From Yuukianura sp. NJ FZ-2021 (taxonomy: Eukaryota): DNA of 64,000 bases. The notes below the pieces were generated by a model. It had not been told where the DNA came from. It worked only from the letters and a program-made list of their open reading frames with translations, and did not search any database. The stretch is from contig JAJCTO010000011.1 in NCBI GenBank assembly GCA_046563655.1, positions 372,001-436,000 of the forward strand, given 5' to 3'. Below, piece by piece: positions 49,450 to 64,000 of this stretch; the stretch's first letter is position 1, and every line of letters starts with the position of its first letter. Made by a program: the position numbers and the translations under genes.

Positions 49450-52222
49450 AGTGGCGGTTTCGGTGCTTACTACATAGAAGACCAAAAGGGCCATTCGCAA
49501 CTTTCGATTTCCGACTCGGAAATTTTGAGTGAAATTTGACTTGTACTGTTTTCCGGTTTCCAGCCTTCCCACCTTCTGAAGAGAAACAGCGGATTCGTCT
49601 TCCAGTCTTCCGATTTCCGGCTTCCAGAGAATGTTTCGTCTTGCAGGCTTCTAACTTCCGGCTTTTAGAGAATGTTCTGCCTTCGAGGCTTCCAATCTCC
49701 GGGTTCAAAGGAATATCTTGTTTTCCGGGCTTCCGGACCCCGGCTTCAAGAGAATATTTTCTCTTCCAGGCTTCCGTCTTCAAAACTTCCGGAAGCCGGA
49801 AGACGCCTTCATTGGAAGAGTCTTCGCGAAGACACTACATCACTGAGTGCGAAATAAACGATGGCGTTGAAGAAACCAGGAATTAAAAAATTATGTAATC
49901 CGACTACATTGTTTCCTTGTTAACTTACTTCCGCAGAACCTTGTTTCTTCATCACCACACAATCTAGTTCACCTTGCAGAACTTACTTTGCTCATTACAG
50001 ATAAACACATTAGGATATTAACACAAAACTACCATCCCTTTAGCTATCATTACCGTATTTTCTGGCAGATAACCTTTGGACTTTCTGTGAAATTTTAATT
50101 TGGGATGAGCGAATTTTTGGTCTGCAAAACCTCATCATCACATAACCTCATTATTTTACTCGCGTAAAACCATATTTTTTGTTAAAAAACATCATCCTCC
50201 ACATGCATGATCGGGGTTCACGCAGACACGTTCACTCTTTTTAGTAGTTAGTTGGAGCACTAACTGCAAAAAGAGTGCGTATTCTCAAGTCGAAAATTCA
50301 AATCACATAAAGATTCAAACGTGCCTACTGTTTACTGGATTAGTTTCAATTTGAGGTTTTAAAACTTCTCAAGCTCCACATTTTTATTTCCAATTTATCA
50401 AAAATTTTTGATCTAAACTATTACACAATTTGTTTCCACAACACCTCCGCGCACTTTGGGATTAACATCAAAACGTTGCCACAAACATGTCATGTTTCGG
50501 TGGGCTCTATTTAAGTGTTAATACCAGACGTTTGAAAAGAAAGATAAATCTTTTTGGGGACTTCTTTGTCTTTAATAAGTTTTAAAGTCTTTAAAAATTT
50601 TGAAAAACTCTTTTTGCTATAAAAACACTCTCTTTTTTTAACGAAAATCAGGTAAAAACAGGAAAGAGTCAAAAAATGCAATTTTAGCAGAAATTTCCAC
50701 GATTTTTTGTTAGTCTTCCAGAATTGGGCGAAAATTTTAATTTCAAAACGGTGGGGTGAAAATTTAGTCAAAATTTTATAACATGTCTCATATTAACATC
50801 ATCTTTGATATGCATTAGATATTCAGTGACGGTTCGTCCAGTGAATATCTAGTGGATAATATATTTCATCCGGTTTTATCCGGAAGAAATGGCTGGATAA
50901 AATGGATATAAGTAGATACTTCCACTTATTTTGATGTAAGTGGAAGAAATACTTTATCCATCTAGCAAAAATGGTGTTTAGGAACAAAAGTTACGCTTAG
51001 TTTAACTATTTTTCCAATAACACATACAAATCTTTTATTGTATTTGGTTGATTCTAGGATTTTTATGTTTTTAGAGTTGCTTTTCTAGCCATTTTTAAGA
51101 ACATTTTTAGAACTTATTTGAGCAATTCTTTAAGGATTTTTAAGATTTTAAAATAAGGATTTTTGGAATTTTCTTTTCACAGGTCTGTTTATTACGAAAT
51201 CTAAACAACAGAGCACGTTCAGCTACACAAATTATACTTGGACATTTTCAATGTAACGTTAGGTATTCGCTTCCAAAGACTTACGTACACCAGTCCATCT
51301 TAATTAATGTTCGTCTAAAAATGCTCCGGATGCTTAAACACTTGAATATGAAAGTTTACTTTATGCTCATGGAAAAATTGATGGGAGACATTTTTTGTCG
51401 AACCGCCTCTTCTTCATTTGAAGAAGCCCCTCTTATCTCAGGTGAATTTTCAGTAATTCAATTACACAACAAAATTTGGATGTCAGTTCAGTTACTAAGA
51501 AACTAATTACCTCCAACAGTAAGTGTCGGGAAATGTATAAACTAAACGACTAAACCTAGAAATGGCAAAATCTTCTCATTTGATCTAACAACTAGGTCTA
51601 AAAATAATTTTATCCTTGACAAAGACATGTTCTCATTGAGTCATATGTATAGAAATAGAAGATAAATGAATGTGTGATTATTTTAAGGATTTGTGGTATT
51701 ACTAAAATGATTTGACCTTCAGAACTTCTGAAAGAATTCTGGGACTACAGTAAGCATTTTCGCATTTGTAGACAAATTCGGAGTTTTGAAAATTGAGAAT
51801 TTGCAGATAATCTTGCAAATGCATATCTCTTCTAAATTCTAAAGGAAAAATTCGAATTTAAATTACAAACTATAATCAAATGTGTTTCACTCATCACCAA
51901 AATTAACTAATTATTTGAAACTCATGCAGAAACAATATTTCCTTTGTTTTTGCACGGTATTTTGAATTTTTTAGGTTTTTTGTATCTAATTAATTCAAAC
52001 GCCGCAAACAAAGCTCCGTCCCTTTGAATTCATCCATTTCTTTCGCTGGGTTATTAGCCGTGGACAAAATGTCGAGCTAGCTGGAGAAGGACGTTGTTTA
52101 GCATTACAATAAAATTTTATAACACACCAGAACCAACAAAATTTAATTGAGGTGAATTACGGTATACGGTGTTTCGCAAGTGCTTGAAAAATATGGCAAC
52201 AATAAATAAAATATTTTAGTAA

Positions 52223-55200
52223 TTTTTTTTTTTTTTTTTTTTTTTAATGGTTCATAAAGTTTTTTCACAGTCACCTGCCAAAGGCAGGTTGAGAAAAGAA
52301 GTAGGATTTAAGTTAGATTATAATATGAATAACTCGTAAAGATCTTTTCCTGAGGGTAAGGTTCCCAAGATTGAGCAGGAGTTTCCGCGTTGAACAGCTA
52401 GGCTTATTCGTTGTAGGAAGAAGGTCGAGGCTCGTTTATCTCCAGATGCTTCTGACAGCCGATGTCCGATTTGTTTTAGTAGACGAAGACCTTCGGATCC
52501 GAATACACCTGATGTCTCGACGGCAATGATGGATACGACGAAGCGAGATTCTAGGTCACGATAGAGATGATGTTTGTGTGTCTCTGCTAATTCGGCAGCA
52601 TGACCATAGCGGGAAGACGATGTCGAGAGGTAGGAATTTGCATAAGTGTCACGGCAGGTAAAGTCCCAGCAGAGGCAGCGTCCTGAGCTCCAAGGAATGA
52701 GAGTAACACCATCTGGCCGTTTGCCATCGGATCTGCTGCAGCCGACAGGTTCTTTAATTGAAGGAAATCCAGCGGTTTGTAATGCTCTGAAGATTATGTC
52801 GTTGACTGAGTTGTGACGAGAGTGTCTTCCGGCGCTACGCTTACAGCTTAAACCGTGGAGACCGCTACTTGACACCGGAGCACCGCACGAGCAGATATGA
52901 GGTTGGCATATATCAGTTCCTAGGCGAAGAGCACAAGAAATCCTAAAAGATTCGTCCGAAAGTAGAGTTCCAAGTTGTCCGGAGGGAATTGCGTGTAACC
53001 AATCTCCAGAATGTGGTGCAGCGGCAGCCAGTAGTCTTGCTTTGTCGATAAGGGTTGAAGAGTTCTGAACTAGGGAAGAAGAAATTTGCTTAAAGACTTG
53101 AATTTCCCAGAGGTTTTGAGATTTTTTGTCCTGTGGAATAACGAAGCCCAATTGAGACCAGTTGAACAAAGCCAAATCCATTGAATTGTCGAAGGGTGAC
53201 AGGGAAGACGGCAGAAATGTAGAAATTAGCTCCGCACAACTATGGACTGATGCCAAAAACGAAAATGTAGCGCAGTCCTTAGCGTGGCGAACTCCTAATC
53301 CGCCCAAGTTCACCGGTAGACTTAACTGAGACCAAGCGTGTGAAGACAAAGTAGAATTGAGAATCGATTCCATCACTGCACGTAGTGCACAGTCGTATTC
53401 ATCGAGAAGGTCGGTTTCCAGAAACGAAGGAGCACATCTGAGAAAATATAGGAGTCTTGGGGTGGAAATTGAAGCCCGAAGCAGGTAGAACGCAATGTGG
53501 GCAGGTATGTCCGACAACTTAGATGAGAGTGACTTGAAGTTTTCTGTTTTGCATTTGAGAATCCGACGAGACGATTCTTTGAAAAGAGGCGCTCCTAGAA
53601 GTTCAGCTTGATCATAATCAGGGAAGATGATGTCTGGAGAAACAGATTGGAATGATTGGACGATTGAACGGGACTCAATTGCTTCTGCACTTAGAATGAT
53701 GACTTCACATTTTCTTAGGTTAAGTTCTAGTCCAAACGAAGAGGCTTCTCTTTGGATGTATTTGAGATTTTCGAGAACGACATCCGGAGTATCGGCAATC
53801 GTTGCGTCATCTAAATACCAGATGTTGACATCAGTGGATAATGAAGAGGCCAATTGGTGGATGGTTAAAGCGAAAAGAGCAGGACCAAGGGGATCCCCTT
53901 GTTGCACTCCTAGTTTCGATTTGATGCAAGCAGAGTCGTAGTAGAGATCTGAATCGTGCGAATAAGCTTCAGAGACGAATTTGTAGAAGTCTGGAAGTAT
54001 GGTCTTCACAATGTCCAGCATACGATCTCTTCTAATTAAGTTGAAGGCATTGCGAAAGTCGATCTTGAGTAGAACCTTGGCAGAAACATGGTTGGCATTA
54101 CAGAAGATTCTGGCAGCGTGGGCGACGGCTTCAGCACCATTCTTGATTCCAACGCCAACTTGGATCGGGCTTAAGGTTGAAGTAATGACATTCAACGAGT
54201 GAGATAGGATAAGTTTAGACACGAGGCGTCTCCAGGTAAGGCCGATTGCGATAGGACGAATGCCTCCTTTCTTCTTTTGGATTGCTAATAGAGTTGCGCC
54301 AAAAAAAATTCGTCTCACTTCATCGGGAAGAGAACCATTTGTAATGAAGTTACACAATCCAGAAACTGATGTTAGAAGAGCTGCTCCTTCATCGCCTGAG
54401 GACTTTGAAGTTAGTTCCTTTAGAATCTGTGGACGAAAAGAGTCCAGGCCTCCGGCGGATCCATTTGGGAATGACGAGATGGCTTTGATGACGTGACAGT
54501 TTTCAAAGATAACCTCAGATCTCGGAGGTGCGGCAGGAAACGAGGTTGGTAGTGGATGATCGGGATGCAATTGGTGGAGAATGTTTAAAGTATCAGAGTC
54601 TTTGGAGGCTATGCAATCTTCGGAGACCAGGATTCGAACTGCACCGCGTATATCCCCGTCGGCTAGTTTAGATTGAATGACCTTTGAGGAGTTACAGTGA
54701 TGTGAGGACGGGTGATGGCCACGAGAGAATTGCTTGAATTGATGATGGGAGATGCTTGCAGGCGCCTCAGAAGTGATACGGCTAGCGTTTGTCTTCACCC
54801 ATTTGGTTAGATTTGTGACAGCATCGTCTTTTGACGGAATGGGAAAAACTTGGTAGGGGAAGTAGAATAACTTTGCCCAAGAATCTGTAGAGTTGTGCTC
54901 TATTGCTTGGTCGATGATGGTGGACAGGGCAGAGGCGGTCGTTCTTCTTGCTCCTTTTGGAATGTGTTTGAGTGTGGACGTAGATTTTCTTAAGTCAGCA
55001 AGCTTTAGCCCAAGAGAAGTTGTAGAGATATCCTCATTGGAAGGAGCGGACCAAGTGATGTCGAAGTAAGATTGTTGAGAATGTTTGCGTCCGCCGGCTC
55101 GTGTTTTGGTAATGTTTGGAAAAGCTTTTAATAGTTTCAATCCAATTGTCGCGTCGGCTAAAGGTTTGATCTTCACATCAGAGCAAAATGAATGGTATTT

Positions 55201-55843
55201 ATCTTTTAGATCTTGTTTCTTGATCAAAGCTCCAGAAGCCTCCTGAATGTTGTTCTTGATCCAGTCGTCAGTTAGTTTAGAAATTTGTGATTTTCTTAAG
55301 CACCCAGTGGATGATGTAGTAGATGACGATGATGTAGATGATGAACCACTGAACTCCAATCCGCAGTCATCGGATGATGACCCGATTCCGGGGTTCTCCG
55401 TGGTTGTGTCCAGGGTGTTATCACAAATAAAATTGATCGTTGAATTTTCTGGAAAATTGAGTTGGATGTTTGTTTCACAACTTCCGAGGTATCTCAACGG
55501 TCGTTCAGTTGCCATGAAGAGCAGAAAAGGTTGTCTAAATCCGTGAATTTTCAAGATTTAAAGTTGAATTTGATAATTTGTTGACAAGGTAACGCTTAGC
55601 AGCACAAGTAGTTGTTTGTTTGAAAACGTCCTTCGAGTTGTCCTGAGATGAGAGACGACTTGGACGACGAAGATGGCCGGGTTGACAGATATCCGGAGAC
55701 AAATTGACCAAACAAGTATGTCAAAAGATGCGCCAGAGATGGAGGAACAGTTTAATACCAAAAAACCTCGATAACACTCGCAATTTCTATTTCGGTAAAT
55801 GGATAAGCAGGGAGCAACTTTTGCGTGTCGTCAAAACGATTAC
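52223..55843 (-). mobile_element. Apparently full-length RLE-type (R2-group: CRE/NeSL/HERO-like) non-LTR retrotransposon
   Basis: Poly(A) tail (T run 52223-52245), 13-bp TSD AATATTTTAGTAA (52210-52222, 55844-55856), single intact ORF, 3' UTR hairpin ACCTGCC-AAA-GGCAGGT. Confidence 0.92.
52318..55515 (-). CDS. RFX-like winged helix + reverse transcriptase + CCHC + restriction-like endonuclease (~1065 aa from first ATG)
   Basis: IRPIAIG, KIDFRNAFN, GVQQGDPLGP, WYLDD; CSCG...HGLSC; RHNSV, KRPDG, WDFTC, AE..KH RLE motifs. Confidence 0.92.
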   Translation of the reverse strand: MATERPLRYLGSCETNIQLNFPENSTINFICDNTLDTTTENPGIGSSSDDCGLEFSGSSSTSSSSTTSSTGCLRKSQISKLTDDWIKNNIQEASGALIKKQDLKDKYHSFCSDVKIKPLADATIGLKLLKAFPNITKTRAGGRKHSQQSYFDITWSAPSNEDISTTSLGLKLADLRKSTSTLKHIPKGARRTTASALSTIIDQAIEHNSTDSWAKLFYFPYQVFPIPSKDDAVTNLTKWVKTNASRITSEAPASISHHQFKQFSRGHHPSSHHCNSSKVIQSKLADGDIRGAVRILVSEDCIASKDSDTLNILHQLHPDHPLPTSFPAAPPRSEVIFENCHVIKAISSFPNGSAGGLDSFRPQILKELTSKSSGDEGAALLTSVSGLCNFITNGSLPDEVRRIFFGATLLAIQKKKGGIRPIAIGLTWRRLVSKLILSHSLNVITSTLSPIQVGVGIKNGAEAVAHAARIFCNANHVSAKVLLKIDFRNAFNLIRRDRMLDIVKTILPDFYKFVSEAYSHDSDLYYDSACIKSKLGVQQGDPLGPALFALTIHQLASSLSTDVNIWYLDDATIADTPDVVLENLKYIQREASSFGLELNLRKCEVIILSAEAIESRSIVQSFQSVSPDIIFPDYDQAELLGAPLFKESSRRILKCKTENFKSLSSKLSDIPAHIAFYLLRASISTPRLLYFLRCAPSFLETDLLDEYDCALRAVMESILNSTLSSHAWSQLSLPVNLGGLGVRHAKDCATFSFLASVHSCAELISTFLPSSLSPFDNSMDLALFNWSQLGFVIPQDKKSQNLWEIQVFKQISSSLVQNSSTLIDKARLLAAAAPHSGDWLHAIPSGQLGTLLSDESFRISCALRLGTDICQPHICSCGAPVSSSGLHGLSCKRSAGRHSRHNSVNDIIFRALQTAGFPSIKEPVGCSRSDGKRPDGVTLIPWSSGRCLCWDFTCRDTYANSYLSTSSSRYGHAAELAETHKHHLYRDLESRFVVSIIAVETSGVFGSEGLRLLKQIGHRLSEASGDKRASTFFLQRISLAVQRGNSCSILGTLPSGKDLYELFIL

Positions 55844-56034
55844 AATATTTTAGTAAATATATTGCCAGTTTTTAGTATCTATTAAAAATATATTTTGCCA
55901 GATTTTAGTAAATATTTTTCTCATACATGATACTAAACGAGAAAGTCGCATTTCTTTATATTCGAAATCATTGTTTCTATGCGCGTGGCCCTTTCACGCT
56001 TCCGAAAAGTAGAAACCAAGTTTTTTCAGCCCAC

Positions 56035-59000
56035 AGTAAACAGGTAGTTTCAGCCCGTGTGACTTCCCACCATTTCCCAGTAGTAGGAACTCATAGACTA
56101 GTTACTGGGAACTCTGTTTTATTATTTCCCAGCATTTCCCACTTCCCTAGCCCAAGTTATTACAACTTGAGACAGTAAAAAAGTATCCCCTCACCCTCCC
56201 AATAAAGAGGTAGTTTCTTTCCTAGTCACTTCCCACCATTTCCCAGTAGTGGGAAGTAATGAGCTAGATGCTGGGAACTCAGTTTTGTGATTTAAGAGCA
56301 TTTCCCACCTTCCTAGCCAAAGTTATTCCAACTTCAGAGTTTTGCCCCCACCCCCCCCCCCCCAATAAGGAGGTAGTTTCTCCCCTAGTCACTTCCCACC
56401 ATTTCCCAGTAGTGAGAAGTAATGAGCTAGATGCTGGGAACTCATTTTTGTCATTTCCCAGCATTTCCCACTTCTCTGGCCAAAGTTATTCCAACTTCAG
56501 AGTTTTCCTCCTACCCCCAAAATAAAGAGGTAGTTTCTTTCCTAGTCACTTCCCACAATTTCCCAGTAGTGGGAAGTAATGAGCTGGATGCTGGGAAGTC
56601 AGTTTTGTGATTTAAGAGCATTTCCCACCTTCCTAGCCAAAGTTATTCCAACTTCAGAGTTTTGCCCCCACCCCCCACAATAAGGAGGTAGTTTCTCCCC
56701 TAGTCACTTCCCACCATTTCCCAGTAGTGGGAACTGATGAACTAGATGCTGGGAACTCAGTTTTGTCATTTCCCAGCATTTCCCACCTTCCTTGCCAAAG
56801 TTATTCCTACTTCAGAGTTTTCCTCCCACCCCCAAAATAAAGAGGTAGTTTCTTTCCTAGTCACTTCCCACCATTTCCCAGTAGTGGGAAGTAATGAGCT
56901 GGATGCTGGGAACTCAGTTTTGTGATTTAAGAGCATTTCCCACCTTCCTAGCCAAAGTTATTCCAACTTCAGACAGTAAAAAAGTATCCCCTCACCCTCC
57001 CAATAAAGAGGTAGTTTTTTCCCCAGGGACTTCCCACCATTTCCCAGTAGTGGGAACTGATGGCCTAGGTGCTGGCAACTCAGATTTATTACTTCCCAGC
57101 ATTTCCCACTTCCCTAGCCAAAGTTATTTCAACTTCAGACAGTAAAAAAGTATCCCCTCACCCTCCCAATAAAGAGGTAGTTTTTCCCCAGGGACTTCCC
57201 ACCATTTCCCAGTGGTGGGAAATGATGAACTAGGTGCTGGGAACTCATTTGTGTTGTTTCCCAGCATTTCCCACCTCCTTAGCCAGAGTTATTCCCACTT
57301 CAGCATTTTGCCCCCCACCCCCCGCAATAAAGAGGTAGTTTCTCCCCTAGTCACTTCCCACCATTTCCCAGTAGTGGGAACTGATGAACCAGATGCTGGG
57401 AATTCATTTTTGTCATTTCCCAGCATTTCCCACTTCTCTGGCCAAAGTTATTCCAACTTCAGACTTTTGCCCCCACCCCCCACAATAAAGAGGTAGTTTC
57501 TTCCCTAGTCACTTCCCACCATTTCCCAGTAGTGGGAACTGGTGAACTAGATGCTGGGAACTCAGTTTTGTGATTTAAGAGCATTTCCCACCTTCCTAGC
57601 CAAAGTTATTCCAACTTCAGAGTTTTGCCCCCACCCCCCACAATAAGGAGGTAGTTTCTCCCCTAGTCACTTCCCACCATTTCCCAGTAGTGGGAACTGA
57701 TGAACTAGATGCTGGGAACTCAGTTTTGTCATTTCCCAGCATTTCCCACCTTCCTTGCCAAAGTTATTCCTACTTCAGAGTTTTCCTCCCACCCCCAAAA
57801 TAAAGAGGTAGTTTCTTTCCTAGTCACTTCCCACCATTTCCCAGTAGTGGGAAGTAATGAGCTGGATGCTGGGAACTCAGTTTTGTGATTTAAGAGCATT
57901 TCCCACCTTCCTAGCCAAAGTTATTCCAACTTCAGACAGTAAAAAAGTATCCCCTCACCCTCCCAATAAAGAGGTAGTTTTTTCCCCAGAGACTTCCCAC
58001 CATTTCCCAGTAGTGGGAACTGATGGCCTAGGTGCTGGCAACTCAGATTTATTACTTCCCAGCATTTCCCACTTCCCTAGCCAAATTTATTTCAACTTCA
58101 GACAGTAAAAAAGTATCCCCCCACCCTCCACGATAAAGGGGTAGTTTTTTCCCCAGAGACTTCCCACCATTTCCCAGTGGTGGGAAATGATGAACTAGGT
58201 GCTGGGAACTCAGTTGTGTTGTTTCCCAGCATTTCCCACCTCCTTAGCCAGAGTTATTCCCACTTCAGCATTTTGCCCCCCACCCCCCGCAATAAAGAGG
58301 TAGTTTCTCCCCTAGTCACTTCCCACCATTTCCCAGTAGTGGGAACTGATGAACCAGATGCTGGGAATTCATTTTTGTCATTTCCCAGCATTTCCCACTT
58401 CTCTGGCCAAAGTTATTCCAACTTCAGACTTTTGCCCCCACCCCCCACAATAAAGAGGTAGTTTCTTCCCTAGTCACTTCCCACCATTTCCCAGTAGTGG
58501 GAACTGGTGAACTAGATGCTGGGAACTCAGTTTTGTGATTTAAGAGCATTTCCCACCTTCCTAGCCAAAGTTATTCCAACTTCAGAGTTTTGCCCCCACC
58601 CCCCACAATAAGGAGGTAGTTTCTCCCCTAGTCACTTCCCACCATTTCCCAGTAGTGGGAACTGATGAACTAGATGCTGGGAACTCAGTTTTGTCATTTC
58701 CCAGCATTTCCCACCTTCCTTGCCAAAGTTATTCCTACTTCAGAGTTTTCCTCCCACCCCCAAAATAAAGAGGTAGTTTCTTTCCTAGTCACTTCCCACC
58801 ATTTCCCAGTAGTGGGAAGTAATGAGCTGGATGCTGGGAACTCAGTTTTGTGATTTAAGAGCATTTCCCACCTTCCTAGCCAAAGTTATTCCAACTTCAG
58901 ACAGTAAAAAAGTATCCCCTCACCCTCCCAATAAAGAGGTAGTTTTTTCCCCAGGGACTTCCCACCATTTCCCAGTAGTGGGAACTGATGGCCTAGGTGC

Positions 59001-60710
59001 TGGCAACTCAGATTTATTACTTCCCAGCATTTCCCACTTCCCTAGCCAAAGTTATTTCAACTTCAGACAGTAAAAAAGTGTCCCCTCACCCTTCCAATAA
59101 AGAGGTAGTTTTTTCCCCAGAGACTTCCCACCATTTCCCAGTGGTGGGAAATGATGAACTAGGTGCTGGGAACTCAGTTGTGTTGTTTCCCAGCATTTCC
59201 CACCTCCTTAGCCAGAGTTATTCCCACTTCAGCATTTTGCCCCCCACCCCCCGCAATAAAGAGGTAGTTTCTCCCCTAGTCACTTCCCACCATTTCCCAG
59301 TAGTGGGAACTGATGAACCAGATGCTGGGAATTCAGTTTTGTCATTTCCCATCATTCCCCTCCTTCCTAGCCAAAGTTATTCCAACTTCAGACTTTTCCT
59401 CCCACCCCCAAAATAAAGAGGTAGTTTTTTCCCTAGTCACTTCCCACCATTTCCCATTAGTGGGAAGTAATGAACTCGATGCTGGGAACTCAGTTTTGTT
59501 GTTTTCCAGCATTTCCCACCTCCTTAGCCAAAGTTTTTCCAACTTCAGACAGTAAAAAAGTGTCCCCTCACCCTTCCAATAAAGAGGTATTTTTTTCCTC
59601 AGAGACTTCCCACCATTTCCCAGTGGTGGGAAATGATGAACTAGATCATGGGAACTCTGTTTTCTAGTTTGCAAGCATTTCCCACCTCCGTAGCCAGAGT
59701 TATTCCAACTTCAGCATTTTGCCCCCCACCCCCCCGCAATAAAGAGGTAGTTTCTCCCCTAGTCACTTCCCACCATTTCCCAGTAGTGGGAACTAATGAA
59801 GCAGATGCTGGGAACTCATTTTTGTCATTTCCCAGCATTTCCCACCTTCCTAGCCAAAGTTATTCCAACTTCAGACTTTTCCTCCCACCCCCAAAATAAA
59901 GAGGTAGTTTCTTCCCTGGTCACTTCCCACCATTTCCCAGTAGTTGCAAGTAATCACCTGGATGCTGGGAACTCAGTTTTGTGATTTTCCAGCATTTCCC
60001 ACTTCCTTAGCCAAAGTTATTCCAACTTCAGAGTTTTCCTCCCACCCCCAAAATAAAGAGGTAGTTTCTTTCCTAGTCACTTCCCACCATTTCCCAGTAG
60101 TGGGAACTGATGAACCAGAGGCTGGGAACTCAGTTTTGTGATTTCCCAGCATTTCCCACCTCTCTAGCCAAAGTTATGCCAACTTCAGACAGTAGCCCCC
60201 ACCCCCCACTATAAAGAGGTAGTTTCTCCCCTGGTCACTTCCCACCATTTCCCAGTAGTGGGAACTGATGAACCAGATGCTGGAAATTCAGTTTTGTCAT
60301 TTCCCAGCATTTCCCACCTTCCTAGCCAAAGTTATTCCAACTTCAGACTTTTGCCCCCACCCCCCACAATAAAGAGGTAGTTTCTTCCCTAGTCACTTCC
60401 CACCATTTCCCAGTAGTGGGAAGTAATGAACTCGATGCTGGGAACTCAGTTTTGTTGTTTTCCAGCATTTCCCACCTCCTTAGCCAAAGTTATTCCAACT
60501 TCAGACAGTAAAAAAGTATCCCCTCACCCTCACAATAAAGAGGTAGTTTTTCCCACAGAGACTTCCCACCATTTCCCAGTGGTGGGGACTGATGGGCTGG
60601 ATGTTGGGAACTCAGATTTATGACTTCCCAGCATTTCCCACTTCCCTGGCCAAAGTTATTACAACTTCAGACAGTAAAAAAGTATCCCCCCACCCTCCAC
60701 GATAAAGGGG
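56035..60710 (+). repeat. ~157-163-bp tandem repeat array (right arm, ~29 units) with ~964-bp hexamer higher-order repeat
   Basis: Near-identical spurious ORFs at 56894, 57857 and 58822 give periods of 963 and 965 bp. Confidence 0.96.
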
Positions 60711-61133
60711 TAGTTCTTTACCCAGTGACTTCCCAGCATTTCCCAGTGGTGGAAACTAACAAGGAGGTCACGGGAGAATTGTTTTTGTAGTTTCCAGTCA
60801 TTTCCCACGTTCCTGGACGAAGTTACGTCACTTCAGACAGTAACTTCAGATAGCACTTCAGACTTTTAGTCAGGGCCGATTGGTGAAGACATTGGCAGAC
60901 AGAGGGTCATTTACATTCTCGATAAACGTAAAGATTATTTATTTAATCTGGAAGGAGTTCGTTGTTGTTGTTAAGCTGTTGCGTTTCCGACAATTGGATA
61001 ATTATTGACAATTTGAGATTCAATTTCGTATTCGTTGTTTTAATACGAGCAATCTTGCGAGGAGGAAGGGAATCAGGTGAGCTGGTGTTTATCAGTTGAT
61101 TGATGGCATCTTGCCTCACCACGAGTAAGAGCA

Positions 61134-64000
<2,867 letters not shown>

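Larger units (their letters stand above)
47674..60877. mobile_element. 13.2-kb foldback-like non-autonomous TIR element with satellite-containing arms
   Basis: Ends GGCCAAGACTAAAAGTCTGAAGTGCT / AGCACTTCAGACTTTTAGTCAGGGCC; 8-bp TSD GATTGGTG (47666-47673, 60878-60885); both arms continue into the same ~157-bp repeat in opposite orientation. Confidence 0.85.

Noticed and set aside
49450..52200. Transposase for the foldback element
   Set aside because: No long ORF or DDE motif; only TTCCGG-rich and AT-rich low-complexity DNA
47635..60623. Many 60-140 aa ORFs with VTSHHFPVVG
   Set aside because: Translations of the 157-bp tandem repeat

Overview
This is eukaryotic, repeat-rich animal DNA. An arthropod host is inferred from short ~50-100 bp GT-AG introns, TTAGG/AACCT motifs and TATA+TCAGTT promoters. 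Positions 1-18079 are a ~270-bp satellite array interrupted by a 7.7-kb Polinton/Maverick-type element (1843-9531). The element has 79-bp AGTAGT-terminated TIRs and a GCCGG TSD. It encodes a C2H2-fused packaging ATPase, a small C2H2 protein, two divergently transcribed paralogous orphan ORFs and a 5'-truncated protein-primed DNA polymerase B split by three spliceosomal introns; no integrase, capsid or protease gene is visible. A TE-dense zone follows: a truncated LINE bracketed by 693-bp direct repeats, a non-autonomous LTR element carrying a spliced CCHC ORF, a slightly decayed Ty3/Gypsy element and a carboxylesterase pseudogene. The right part holds compact host genes (PGM3, RNF26-like, MacroD-like, GPR107) with intronic MITEs. 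A 13.2-kb foldback-like element (47674-60877, 8-bp TSD, arms made of ~157-bp tandem repeats) sits between the head-to-head MacroD and GPR107 genes. It hosts an apparently full-length, intact RLE-type non-LTR retrotransposon whose ORF has an RFX-like winged-helix domain at its N-terminus. All family assignments come from motif recognition by eye; no database searches were run.
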